Numbered from the stretch's first letter, positions 25,428 through 39,927 are shown. The stretch is DNA of 64,000 bases from Octopus vulgaris (GCA_951406725.2 OX597839.1:11594001-11658000), one strand, 5' to 3'. Program-made: numbers and translations. Notes: generated by a model not told the origin, from the sequence alone.

Positions 25428-28400
25428 CACACTTGCACACACGCATACTCTATTTTTATCCTTGTCTATATAACTACACACACAAATATATATATATACG
25501 CGTGAGTGTGTATGTATAACATGGCGCTTGGTCGATTCTTTTGGCAAGCTCTTCATAAATTCTTTTCACTCCAAGAAATAATATTTTCCCTGCTATTTTT
25601 GTTGTTGTTTGAATGAAACGTGATACGTGATGATAATAATAATAATAATTTCCTAACATAACCACAATGTGCTAAATATATAGAGGTGTGTGTTGTTATG
25701 GAGCGGTGGTGGTGGTACATGTTTTCTCGAGGGGTAGGTGAGGGTAAAACAACAATGATTAATGTCCTAGGTACACTGTCTGATAAAAGCAGTGGTGATA
25801 GTCACGAATGGAACGCCACCGGTCGTAGATGTCTGTCTATTTAATTAGATCAGGGGGCCAAACAACAGCAGCTCCATATTTTTCTGTTTATATTTGTTTT
25901 TACTGCAAAGAGTATAAAATAAATTAAAATTATTTTTTTATTATTATAATCAATCTTAGGCGTGTTTTCCAGATCTCGTTCGCTTCAGTTGGCATTTAAT
26001 GTACTCCAAATTTGTTTCTTAGCCACCAACATTATATATATACACACACACATATGTATATATACATATATATACACACACATATATATACACACTAGAA
26101 TTGTTTGTGCCTTTATTTCACTTTATTCTTAAATCTCCGCCAAATGACTTTATAATTTGTCAATTAGAACTCTGCGTGTGTGTGTTAGTTTTGTCAGGGA
26201 TCCCCCATTTAATGTCCACCGACCCTTTCTCGCTCTATCTCCTGTTTTTTCTTACTCGATCTTTTAGTTTGACCCCTTCTGTTTTAACCTCTCTATAATC
26301 CCTTCTCTCTTTCTCAATACCTTTTCTCTCTCTCTCTCTTTCTTTCTATCCCATTTTTTCTGTTCTATCCGTCTACACATCGTCTCGGGTTTTTCTCTCT
26401 CTCTCTGTCTCTGCCTGGTCCCTTTTTACCGCTCCCTCCTTCTTACACCCATTATATATATTTTCACATCTATCTGCAGTTTGGATTGATTCTCTGTAGG
26501 GGCAGAAAGTCACATAGACACGCACCCCCGGAGTGCGTGTGTGATATGATCGTGCAGTCAAACTATCATGAACAATGAAGAAGAATGCGATAAAAGGATG
26601 TACGTACGTGTAATGGAAGAGAGTGTTTGTGTGTGTGTCTCTCTCTCTCTATATATAACATATATACTGTGTCTGTATTGCTAACGGAACAGTGTGTATA
26701 GGTGAGTGTTTAATATGAATAAAGGAGGAGGAGAAGGCAGGCAAATATCGATTACAGTGAGCGGAAAAGGTGAAACAAGGGAGATGTATATATTGAATAG
26801 AAACTGGAATTGAAACAAGGAAAGGACGAGGGAAGGTGGTTCGAAAAAACACCACTGACTGTGTTTGTGTGTGTGTGTCGAGGTTGACATGCTGGCAGCC
26901 TTATTATACACTCACACGCACATGTATATTATACATACATTTACACGGCCGTGTGCCTACAGACGTGTATATTTATTGTACATTTGTCTGTATACATGTC
27001 GATCTGTGTTGTGTATTTCGTTATTCTAATTGGTTTTCAAGATTCCCGATGTGAATTCGTGTTGAAACGACCCTCCCAAGATACAAGACTTGTGTGTGTG
27101 TGTATATATATACATACACACGTGTGTGTATCTGTAGATTTATATATATATATGTATGTATGTGTGTGTACTATTTGTTTTTGAACAGATGTGTATATTT
27201 CTATAACATTTGTTTGTATACAGAGGTGCGTTTTTATTTGTTTGTGTGTCTGTGTACAGTCGTGGGTATATGAACACATACGTCTACACACAAATGTGTA
27301 TATATATCATGTATATATATATCATTTACACGTTTGTTTGTTCGTGATTAACATTGACCCACGGGCTGTGTGGCTGAATAAAACATTTGATCTGCTCCAA
27401 CGATCCAGTTGGCGCTCCTATCACCGTTTTTACCCTACAAGATATATACACACATACAACTGAAGATTACATTTATATTCGGCGAATCGAAGGGCCCAGT
27501 CTTCGGCGACGCATCACCACCACCACCACCACCACTACTACTACCGAGTAAACGAAGCCAGTTCTCACGGTGATCGTCTCTCACAGCAAGCACCCATACA
27601 CTGTCAGTAATTGTGACAACCAAAATGCAGTAATTTTCCTGTTTCCACGCATTCCGCCTTCCATCTTGCTCCGCCGTCCCTTCATCACCGCCGCCGCCAC
27701 TACTACTACTACTGTACACAGCATGACATTGTTATTCCTATCACACACACACATTGTGTTTTCATTTTAAATCTAGTTTAGTCTTTTTGTTTCATTGTCC
27801 ATGCTTAGTTCTGGTTATGTGTGTGTGTGTGTGTATATATATTATATATATATATATATACATAAATGCACACGTGTGTGTGTGTATATATATATGCACA
27901 CGTGTGTATATGTACAGATATGCACGTATATATATGTATACACTCACACGCACACATACATTTACATGTGTGTGTAATCGTGTAGACGTACACACATTCA
28001 TATGAAGCAATAGAGGAGCCAGTATCTACGCGGTCGCTCGACTTGCTAGACATAGCAGCAAAACCCTTGTCGGTATCTTAAGTATCTAGCCTGACGGGAC
28101 GGAGTGGGCACAAGTGGAACGTCTTTTGTTCATTCGATCGGGTTCTGACTTTGTAGTTTAAACAACACCGCTACACATTCAAACTTGATATATTATTCCA
28201 ATGATAGACAGATATAGATATCATCATAGACAGATAGATAGATATCATCATAGATAGATAGATATCATCATAGACAGATAGATAGATAGATATCATCATA
28301 GATAGATGCAGGTAGATAAAGAATTCTCGTTTATTGCTTTGTTCCCCCCACCGCTGTTTCCCCCACCAGCAGCACACCGTTTACTTTCTGCTCTTTGCAA

Positions 28401-30313
28401 CATTACCGAAATAATGTGTTGTTTTGTATTCGGTTGGCACGTCATTGTTTCGTGTTAAACCGAGTAAAAAGATCTTTTCGACAACATCGCCGCCACCACC
28501 GCCGTATCCGCCGCTGCTGCCGCCGCCGCCTTCGCTCGCTTGAGGGTGTGAGGAGTGTTACAAATTGATGTAGTTAAAATACTTGCATCCCTGCTCAGCT
28601 AGAAAGAAATGAGGTTGTGTAATGATAATAATGATGGTGGCGGAAACAAGAAGAAATATATACATCGAGCGAATGTCTGTCTGTGAGTGTTTGTATGTGT
28701 GTGTGTGTATGTGTGCTTGCAAAGCTTGCTGCTGCTACAGTAATAGTAATAATAGTGGTGGTGGTGGTGGTGGTGATAAGTTAGGTTGACGCTGGCTGAT
28801 GGATGGATGGATGGATGGATGGCTTGCTGTCACAGCAACTAGCTACGTACTTGTCTCTGCTTCACTTCAGCAACGTATCCACTTTTCTTTTACCTTCAGA
28901 CCTCGTCTTCACTATCCACACACACATGTACAATGGCGCGCGCGTGAGCACGCGCAAGCACCCCCCCTCTCTCTCTCTCTCCCTCCCTGGCACATATACT
29001 CTGGGATTGCTGTAGGTTTTCTGTTATATATCATCCATGTAGAATTTACAGTGGTAGATCTTGGTTCAAATTCTTGTTATGAAGGGCAGTTACGTTTGGT
29101 AATTATTGTTGTTTGGCACCCACCGACACAGGTCAGCTATGGTCGAGTAGATTTGCTGTGTTCAAGAGGAAATCTTGATGTGGCCATTCCATTTTTTTTT
29201 GTTCAGATTGTGTACTTAGAAACACGTTATTGGCATTTTAAAAGATAGGTCGAATGAGATTTGCTTGCTATTTCTAGCTAGTCGAACGAAGGCAGGTATG
29301 TTTGTATGTGTATGTGTGAGAGAGAGAGAGGAGAGCAAAGAAAAAAGAAGGAAAAGAACTATGATTTATTAGTGACGTTGTTTTAGCAAACATCGGGGAA
29401 AGGTGGTGTCCTATTGTAATGCCATGTTTTCTCGCCTTCTTTCCTATAAACGTTTTTAACTGGAGAAGCTTTAATTTAATTCAGCGGTCGTTTTGTATCC
29501 GAGGAAACAGTTTTCAATTTCGCAGCCAGCAGGCAAAGAAAACACAAGTATTTTGTAATCCACGTATTGACTCTTGCACCAGTCAGTAGTGCCATTTTTA
29601 AAAACTGCCAAACACTCCCAAGGCTTATTTCTCTTCCTCCTCCTCCTGTCCCTTCTCTCTTCTTCCCTCCTGTTCCTACTCCTCAGCGACATAATAATCA
29701 CAACTGAATGTTTTATTGCAGGAAATGAGATACAACTGGCACCTGACCTCCTACCACCCCCACCACTACCACATTTCACTTGTACTTCAGCTCAAATTCT
29801 TTCTATCTCATTCCACACCCTTCTCTCTCTCTCTCTCTCTCTCTCGTTCTTGTAACTTCTTTTCTTTTTACTTCATTCATTTTTGCTCTGACGGCTTAAG
29901 ACCAAGCTGTAGCAATCCTCTAGTACTTAATCAAATTGTATCTTTTTTCCTCCTCATTTTTGTAAACATCATTTTACTTGTTTCAATCATTAGACTGCGG
30001 TCATGCCAGAGCATAGCCCTTAAAGGGGTTAGTCGAACAACCCAATCCCTGTACTTTTTATATAGCCTAGTACTCGTTTCTGCCTGTCTCTTTTGCCAAA
30101 CTGCTAAGTTACAGAGATGTAAACAAAGCAATGTTGAAGGACAAACAGAAACACACACAACTGTGTGTGTGACGGGCTTCTTTCAGTTTCCATTCTACCA
30201 AATCCACTCATAAGGCTTTGGTTGACGCAGTACTATAGCAGAGGACACTCAAAGTGCCATGCAATAGGACTATCCAAAACCATGTGGTTGAGAGGCAAAC
30301 TTCTTAACCACTC

Positions 30314-30765
30314 TAATAATAATAATTAATTCGTTTATTGGCCACAAGGGCTTACAAAAATCAATTGAAACAAAAGGGGACAAAACACAGGACGAAAGTC
30401 ACAAAGGGTTTTGTCCGTTCTAAAAATGTCCGTGTACACAATCAGTATAACAACGAAAATATTTAACAATGAAAATCTCCCAAAAGGGGGAGGCGCTTCG
30501 AAAGGTTACTCATGGAAAAACCCATAAAAGCCACGGGAGCCGGGTCAAAAGGTGGGTAGAGAGCTCCTTTCTCCTTTTGTAATACCTTTTTGTATCATAT
30601 GTGTATCCTCAGAATTGGTCCATTCATACTGGCCATTCTTGCGACATTTACCCACCTTTCAGTAAACTTGCTATCAGACAGCACTTCCCTCTCTACTCGC
30701 ATCTTCCTCTTCAAGTGAAACTTGAAAAAGTCGATGCGGCCTTGGCCAAAGAGAAAAGTGTCTGA
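30314..30765 (-). mobile_element. 5'-truncated LINE, probably L1/Tx1 clade (ORF2 C-terminus and 3' UTR)
   Basis: Minus-strand frame ...FFKFHLKRKMRVEREVLSDSKFTERWVNVARM...* ends at 30595. A pyrimidine-rich UTR follows, ending in CCCTTGTGGCCAATAAA and (ATT)n. The clade assignment is from recalled resemblance only. Confidence 0.6.
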
Positions 30766-31516
30766 TAATAATAGTAATAACAAATCTTGCACGTTTGATA
30801 CAATACTCTGGATCTAAACTCTTATTTTAAGAGTTTCAAATCGTGCTGCTCTTTAGACTATTGTGAAATCACAATAGGTTTTTAACTACTTATAGAGGAC
30901 TTGCCAATTATTTACAATAAGGGTTTTGTACTTGCAAGCGAGTCAGCACTACTTACAATCGGATCTGTCGTACTTTGTAATAGGTTTATTGTACTTTACA
31001 ATACGGTTACTATACTTTCACAGTGTGTCCTGTTGTACTTATAATTGGGTCTATTGTATTGACATTAGAGTCTGCATAGGATTGGATTTTGTTGTACACA
31101 CAGTAGAGTTTATGGCACTTACAATTAATTAAGTAGATTGTGATTATGTGACTTAGATAATGTATTTCTTGTCAACCGTAATTGAGAGACCTGACCATTT
31201 GATGAAAGGCAGTCCAAACATGGCTCTCCCATGGCTAAGATATGTGTTCTTCATTATTCTTAATATACAGCTTCCTTTCTTTTTTGGCAGATGATTGAGT
31301 GGTTTGAGGAAGATTTGGCTGCTATTTCTGGATGGTCAAACAACCACACTTAGATCTGTTTGGCTCATGTGGTGTGTAGAAACCCTTGGTCTGTGTGTAT
31401 AGGACAGCTGGTTATATTTGAATTTAATGTTGTATAAAAGCTACCGAAAGGTTTCACTGTCTACATAGCATATCTATATGTCTATAAACATTACAGAATT
31501 GTTAGTATACATAGTG

Positions 31517-31550
<34 letters not shown>

Positions 31551-31941
31551 CGCCTTACTGGCACTCATGCCTGTGCTAGTAGGGTGCCAAGAGCACCATC
31601 CAAGCATGATCATTGCCAGAGCAGCCAACAGGCTTCCGTACCCGTGGCACGTACAAGGGCACCATTCGAGCGTGATCGTTACCAACGTCGCTTCACTGGC
31701 ACGTGTAAAAAGATTTGAGTGAGGTCATTGCCAGTACTGCCCGACTGGCCCCCATGCCAGTGGCACGTAAAAAGCACCCACTACACTCTCGGAGTGGTTG
31801 GCGTTAGGAAGGGCAGCCAGCTGTAGAAACTCTGCCAGATCAAGACTGGAGCCTGGTGCAGCTATCTGGCTCGCCTGCCCTCAGTCAAAATCGTCCAACC
31901 CATGCTAGCATGGAAAGCAGACGTTAAACGATGATGATGAG
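31551..31941 (+). mobile_element. Retroposon family E with internal CGCCTTACTGGCAC sub-repeats and a (GAT)n tail; other copies at 45780-46049 (+), 46053-46219 (-), 46776-46927 (+), 57696-58200 (-), 63771-64000 (+)
   Basis: Shared 3' block GAGTGGTTGGCGTTAGGAAGGGCA.CCAGCTGTAGAAAC...CCAACCCATGCTAGCATGGAAA...GTTAAA.GATGATGA, with variable 5' truncation. The 63771 copy is cut by the window edge and shows only the sub-repeats. Confidence 0.75.
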
Positions 31942-32016
31942 ATATATATATATATATATATATACACACATGTGTCTAAAATCACTAGTGCTGTTACTGT
32001 CTACATAAAGAATCTA

Positions 32017-32165
32017 CAGGGCCTGCCCTAGGGTTGCTGGAGCCCCAGGCAACCTGAACTTCGCCATGTACAAACTAACAGTCATGGAAATTTCCTGGTC
32101 TTTGTCACAGCCTCTTTGGTGTCCCGAGCGACTGCCCAAGTTGCAGGTACCTTGAACTGGCCCTG
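32017..32165. mobile_element. Small hAT-like MITE
   Basis: Termini CAGGGCC...GGCCCTG, with a degenerate 8-bp TSD AGAATCTA / AGTATCTT. Confidence 0.55.
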
Positions 32166-32234
32166 AGTATCTTATATGTCCATAAACATAACAGAATTGT
32201 TAGTGCCTACTTAGAGTTTCAATCTATCAGCTGC

Positions 32235-32307
32235 GCCTGCATAGCTCAGTCGGTAGAGCATCAGACTTTTAATCTGAGGATCGTGGGTTCGTGTCCCCCT
32301 GTGGGCG
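32235..32307 (+). tRNA. tRNA-Lys-TTT: tRNA-Lys, anticodon UUU (variant copy; possibly a pseudogene)
   Basis: 73-nt cloverleaf: acceptor GCCTGCA/TGTGGGC, D arm GCTC-AGTCGGTA-GAGC, anticodon arm TCAGA-CTTTTAA-TCTGA, T arm GTGGG-TTCGTGT-CCCCC (one T-C mismatch), discriminator G. A and B boxes are present. Confidence 0.88.
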
Positions 32308-32314
32308 AAAGCAG

Positions 32315-32321
32315 TTTTTTT
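32315..32321 (+). terminator. RNA polymerase III oligo-T terminator of the tRNA gene
   Basis: Run of seven T starting 8 nt after the discriminator base. Confidence 0.7.
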
Positions 32322-32545
32322 GCCAGGTGGTGCTATTAAGTTAGACATGGCCTGGGCCAACACTGGCCAAAATCTTTCTAAGTTATATGTACATAAGCAT
32401 TACAGTATGCTTATAAATGTAGCATATACATAAGAATTGTCTTCGTGCTCACACATGCTAAATTGCTGCGTAATACATTGGGGTGTATGTCTGTATACTT
32501 AGTGTATGCATTTGTTCATGTTGTTTGTGTATATATATAATTGAT

Positions 32546-32777
32546 AAGGCAGCGAGCTGGCAGAAACATTAGCACACCGGGCGAAATGCGTAGCCGTATT
32601 TCATCTGCCGTTATGTTCTGGGTTCAAATTCCACCGAGGTCGACTTTGCCTTTCATCCTTTCAGGGTCGATAAATAAAGTACCAGTTTCGCACTGGGGTC
32701 GATGTAATCGACTTAATCCCTTTGTCTGTCCTTGTTTGTCCCCTCTGTGTTTAGCCCCTTGTGGGTAGTAAAGAAAT
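32546..32777 (+). mobile_element. ~230-bp SINE family B with a 13-bp target-site duplication
   Basis: Head AAGGC[AG]GCGAGCTGGCAGAAAC, B-box GTTCAAATTCC, central block GCCTTTCATCCTTTC.GGGTCGATAAA..AAGTACC (resembles the Nin/Sauria-type conserved SINE domain, from recall) and tail CCCCTTGTGGGTAGTAAAGAAAT. TSD ATATATAATTGAT at 32533-32545 and 32778-32790. Confidence 0.88.
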
Positions 32778-33775
32778 ATATATAATTGATGTTTAGCCCC
32801 TTACTCATCTTTGATCAGGCACACCTCTACAATCAAAGACATTCCAGTCGACAGCTATATTCTTTGCTATGATGTTAAGGATGTGATTTGAGGGAAACTT
32901 AGCTGCTATTTCTGGCGGTCAAATGGCTCTACAAAGATTCAGTTCTTGCATTAATATTTAGTGCTTGTGTGTAGTTGTGCATGTGTGTGATATATGAGTG
33001 TATATATGCACTTATCAAGTGTTTATTTTAGTGTGGTATGGCATGGCTGTGTGGTAAGAAATTTACTATACAATCACATGGTTCCAGGTTCAGGCCTACT
33101 TCATGGGACCTTGGGCAAGTGACTTGTATACCTTCTGGCTATTATAAGTGGATTTGGTGAGCAGAAACTGAAAGAAGTCCATTGTGTATGTGTGTGTGTG
33201 AATATATCTGTGTGCTTATGTTCCCATAATTTAGCAAATTGGAAAAAAAAAAGAGACTAATAAAGTCCTGGGAGTTGATTCATTCAACTAAAACCCTTCA
33301 AGGTGGTGCCCCAGCATGGCCACAGTCTAATAACTGAAACAAAAGATAGAGATGTAGCTGATGCATATTCTGTAAGTTTAGTGCCTTTGTTGTATATATA
33401 TGTACCTATTTCTTATGTTTGCAAGAGAATATCTAGATGCCATTTATGTTTCATTAACCTAAATTAAATCAGGACAGGTGAGTTAATTAGTTGTATGTGA
33501 TTACCCCAAGTTCCAGTGAGACATGTCTAGTGTTGCCAGCTTGTACAGTTCCTTCTGATTTCAACTTCAACCATTGCCTGGGTGGTTAATTTTATGAAAT
33601 CCCTGCATCTCTTGTCTAGTTTTGACATTTTTTATGTGTAGGTTTTGATCCTTTGACCCTGTCTCCTCCACACATGTAGGGAGAGAGCGAGAAGAAGGAC
33701 ACCCCATTCATCTACACACCCTTCTGTCCTTACGTTTCAGTCTGCATATACATGTGTGTGTCTGTATATATGGAT

Positions 33776-33816
<41 letters not shown>

Positions 33817-33902
33817 AGAGTTTACGAAAAAAACAAAAGACGAAGACAGGTGGTGTACAAAACAAACGAATGTATTAGTATAACGCTCAGGAATAGAAAA
33901 AG

Positions 33903-33939
33903 TCTTTTACGTTTCGAGCCTACGCTCTTCTACAGAAAG
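33903..33939 (-). ncRNA. Minimal type I hammerhead-like motif (core CUGUAGA), second copy
   Basis: Minus strand reads CTTT-CTGTAGA-A-GAGC-gtag-GCTC-GAA-ACGT-A-AAAGA. Confidence 0.55.
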
Positions 33940-34790
<851 letters not shown>

Positions 34791-37700
34791 CAAATGTACT
34801 TACACAGTAGGAAGAATGATAGACTGAACAGGCAAACAACTGGTATCTTTTTGGAGCATAGAATTTATATATTTAAACATAATCGCTGAGTTGTTACAAA
34901 ACAGCGTATTTTAAGAAATAAGGGAGTATTTCTTACAATACACTCTATTCCAGTAACTCTATTCCTACCACTTAGCTGTTTAAATGTATAAAACCTCATG
35001 ATCTAAACTGATTCCAGTCGGTCACCCGTTCATTTACGCACTCAATGACAAACCACTTATAGCCATTCATTGCTATTTTCTGTGCTGGCATGGAATGGAC
35101 AGCTTGACTGGAGCTGGCACAGCCTAGGGCCACACCAAGTTCTATAGTTTGTTTTGGCTTGGCTTCTACAGCTGGTAGAGTTCCAACCACTTCACAGAGT
35201 ATACTAGGTGCTTTTTATGTGGCACCTTGGTTTTAGAATGTCGGTTCTGTGTGTCTGTGTCTATTTACATTTTGCTCTCTCTCTCTCTCTCTCTCTCTCT
35301 TGCAAAAGTTCTGATGTACAGGCAGTGCTATATTGCTGTTATCAGTTCTTTTGCCAACAAATTATCCCCTCATTTTGTGCCTTGATAGTCATGTAGAATA
35401 AGAGATCCAGTACTTGTAAAGCAGGTAAGGATCATTAATAGGAGAGGCGTCCATCTGTAAAACAACGCCTCAGTAATATATTCATCTAACCCATGCAGGC
35501 ATGGAAAAACGTACGTAAAACACATGACATGTCACACATAAAATGTAAACCCAGAAAGATTGTTTATGTTACCCCTTGTTAGCTGTCACGTCCACCATGC
35601 TAGCCTGATAAGTGAGGGTTGCAGGAAATCTAGCAGGACAAAAATAAATCCTGTCAAAGAGAGGGATGAACACACCGAAGGACCAAGAAGCACGAGGACC
35701 TAGAAATCCTGGGTTGTAGTCTAGAATTCTGTGAGACCACTGAGAGTGCTGTACCTCTTAGTTCTCTTAACCCTGAGCGCTAAGCATTCAGGTTATATTG
35801 TCAAATTTAATGCTTATTTATTCAAATTGTTTTTAATTACCTATGTATTATCTTGTAGCTTTCAGTGATGTGATTGTTTATAATTCACCATTTTTCTTGT
35901 ATTAGTTTCTTGGGAACATACTGTTGAATATATGTACCTATTTTGTGTGTTTGTGAGAGAATATCTAGAAGCCATTTATGTTTTATTAACCTAAATTAAA
36001 TCAGGACAGGTGAGTTAATTAGTTGTATGTGATTACCCCAAGTTCCAGTGAGACTTGTTCCTTCTGATTTCAACTTCAACCATTGCCTGGGTGGTTAATT
36101 TTAAGACTTCATCATTACACTCATACCATTTGTGCTGGGTAGTGTTCTGCTGTTGTAGAGCTCATTCTCACAAGAAACTCGTATACAAGAACTAAAATTT
36201 TTCTATCAAAGTGTTTCTGTTAGACCTCAAGATCAGTAGGAGAGCCCATTCTGTGTATGCGTGTGTTGGCTAGTTGACTGGTTTGGTCATTCATTTTGTA
36301 TCTGCTTTTCCATGCTAGCATAGTCAGACATGTTATTGAGATATTGTTTTACAACTGGATGCTCTTCCAGTAGCTAATCCTTAACAGTTTTTCAAGGCAG
36401 CTTCCATTCTACTCATCATTGAAAGCACAGACACAGCTACTAGACTATTTGTTGACCAAAGAAATGTCACAAATGTCGCAATCCGTGGCTCAGCAATTTC
36501 GTTTTTTCCCCTTCTGCATGAAACATTAAATGTATGTATGTACACAAACACAGGCTTTGCACAATGTCTACCAATTTATCTGCAAGGCATGCAAGCAAGC
36601 ATACATTCATTCATACATACTCTCTTTGACTTGTTTCAGTCACTTGACTGCGGCCATGCTGGAGCACTGCCTTTAGTCGAACAAATCGACCCCAGGACTT
36701 ATTCTTTCTAAGCCCAGTACTTATTCTATCGCTCTCTTTTGCCGAACCGCTAAGTGACCGCGACGTAAGCACACCAGCATCAGTTGTCAAGCAATGCTGG
36801 GGACAAACACAGACACACAAACATACACACACACACATATATATATATATACATATACACCACGGGCTTCTTTCAGTTTCCGTCTACCAAATCCACTCAC
36901 AAGGTTTTGGTCGGCCCGAGGCTATAGTAGAAGACACTTACCCAAGATGCCACGCAGTGGGACTGAACCCGGAACCATGTGGTTGGTAAGCAAGCTACTT
37001 ACCACACAGCCACTCCTTACATACATAGTTTTAAAATAGTTGTAATTCCGTTGTAGAGCCAAACACACTTCCTCTCCTTTACGTCTTCAAATTATCTCCC
37101 CTTTTTTAATCAGTTGCTCATTTCTGCCCCTAGAAATTTTATCTTTCTGTCTATTGCTTTTCTCAATTATTTTCCCCATTGGACAGTCACTCAATTTATT
37201 AACAAGGCTAAATAAATAACTAAATAACTTCCCAGCATACTTCACAGCACTACTCTTTTACTCTTTTACTTGTTTCAGTCATTTAACTGCGGCCATGCTA
37301 GAGCACCGCCTTTAGTCGAGCAAATCGACCCCGGGACTTATTCTTTGTAAGCCCAGTACTTATTCTATCGGTCTCTTTTTTGCCGAACCGCTAAGTGACG
37401 GGGACGTAAACACACCAGCATCGGTTGTCAAGCGATGCTAGGGGGACAAACACAGACACACAAACATACACACACACATATATATATACATATATACGAC
37501 AGGCTTCTTTCAGTTTCCGTCTACCAAATCCACTCACAAGACATTGGTCGGCCCGGGGCTATAGCAGAAGACACTTGCCCAAGATGCCACGCAGTGGGAC
37601 TGAACCCGGAACCATGTGGTTGGTAAGCAAGCTACTTACCACACAGCCACTCCTTACATACATAGTTTTAAAATAGTTACGTCTTCAAATTATCTCCCCT

Positions 37701-38770
37701 TTTTTAGTCAGTTGCTCATCTCTGCCCCCAGAAATTTTATCTTTCTGTCTATTGCTTTTCTCAATTATTTCCCCCATTGGACAGTCACTCAATTTATTAA
37801 CAACTAAATAAATAAATAAATAACTTCCCAACATACTTCACAACACTACTAGGTTTTTTTAAATTTTTCTATCTGTCTTCATTTATGTCTGTTTAAATTA
37901 TTCTCATCAACAAAAGATCTCCCATATCTTTCCCACAGATACAGTTGTCCTCCTGCATGTAGTCCTTTGTTTGGCTTTTATACAATTGTTCATCATAAAA
38001 TGCTTTCTCATATATTTCATTACAATGGAAGAAAGATTCTCTTCTCTGTGACTATGTGTATTGATAAACGAGTTTCAAATTATTTAATGAAAGGCTTCCC
38101 ACGGTGTTTTCCCTCAACTATCCATTCTTTTGTGCCTTGTTAAATTACTGTTAGAGACAAAGAGTTTTCTACACATGGTCCTCGCCACACCATCACCTCA
38201 CTGTGGGTTAGCTTCAACTATTCTTAATAAAAGATTTTCAAGCAAAACATTTCCCTTCTGCTGTTTTGTTGAAATAATGTTGTTCGGCTAAGATCAAAGT
38301 GTGGTGTCTGTTCTTATCGACTTAATATCTATGGTGCATGTGTGGCCATCCTGTGAGAAGGTTGCTTCCCGACCATGTGATTTTGATTTCAGTCTCACTG
38401 CGTGGCACCTTGGTTTTCTACTATGGCCCTGGGCCAAACAAAGCCCTGTGAGTGGATTTGGTTGGCAGGTTTTGAAAGAAGCTTGCCATGTATATGTGTG
38501 TCTATATATAATGTCCATGTGTGTTTGTATGTGTGCGTTTTTGTATACATACATACATACATACATACTTACATCAACTTCACGGCAAGAGGTGCAGATG
38601 AGGGCAGCTGCATCGAACTCTCTCATGCACCAAATGGCAATTGCTAAAAAGCATTCGTGAAGTAAAATCATGTAGCAACAGCGAATGGCAGTGCCCCAGC
38701 ATGGCCACAGCTCGTGAGCTGAAACTAGATAATATAAAATAAAAAATAAATATAATATTTGTTCTACAGT

Positions 38771-39104
38771 GAAGGCACATGGCTCAGTGGTTAGAGCGCC
38801 AAACTTACGACCATGAGGTTGTGAGTTTGAATCCTGGACCAGGTTGCGTGTTGTGTTCTTGAGCAAGACACTTTATTTCACGTTCCTCCAGTTCACTCAG
38901 CTGTAGAAATGAGTTGCGATGTCACAGGTGCCAAGCTGTATCGGCCTTGCCTTTCCCTTGGATGACATCGGTGGCGTGGGGAGGAGAGGCCGGTATGCAT
39001 GGGTGACTGCTGGTCTTCCATAAATAACCTTGCCCGGACTTGTGCCTGGGAGGGTAACTTTCTAGGTGCAATCCCACTGTCAGTCATGACCAAAGGGGGT
39101 CTCT
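38771..39104 (+). mobile_element. tRNA-derived SINE family C
   Basis: Head TGGCTCAGTGGTTAGAGCG...GTTTGAATCC followed by TTGAGCAAGACACTT. Related heads occur near 13160, 48780-48880 (-) and 63640-63735 (-). Confidence 0.75.
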
Positions 39105-39890
39105 GCATATGTATATGTGTGTTTGTATCTTCTCATCTTGACATTGCATATTTGTAAATGATTGTTGCCCTGTGTATATATATACACACATGCATAGCTT
39201 ATCTTGGGTGTATAAATAGATGCATGTATACATACATAAATATGTGCGGCTATATAGTTATGAATTCCGTTTTGCTAATATAAAGGTCCTAAGTTTGATC
39301 CCCGCTGTGTAGAATTTCAGTTAAGTTTTACCATAAATCTAGGGTTGAACCTGGTCTTACAATTAACACTGGATAGATGGAAACTGTGAGGAATCCCATC
39401 AGATAGACTACACCTGTGATTCTAGCTTTGTCACAACCTGCCATGCTGGTTCTTTCTGGTTGAAGATTACAATAAAGGTACAAATGCTTGTAGTATACTC
39501 AGCCACTTATATAGTTATTCAGTGACAAGGTAGTTGAGCCAATTGGACAATTGCTGTGTTCATTGTTGAAATCCATAGAAATCTGTTTACTTACATTTAC
39601 TTCCATAAGTATACCCCTGTAGATGTTATACGTGTGCTTGTGTTTGTCTATACATCTGTGAGTATGTTTATATCTGAATATGTATCTGTGTGTATGTGTG
39701 CATGTATATTTTTATGTGTGACTGAGTATATATATATGTGTGTGTGTGTGTATGTATATGTGTGTGTGTATATATATATATATGTGTATATATATATATA
39801 TATGTGTGTGTATATATATATATATATATATGTATATCTATGTAAATATGTATATGTATATCTGTATATATATGTATATATATGTATATG

Positions 39891-39927
<37 letters not shown>

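Noticed and set aside
39431-39452. TCACAACCTGC resembling the 5' end of the miR-67/307 family
   Set aside because: Only about 11 nt match and there is no convincing precursor hairpin. No other conserved miRNA was recognised in the window.
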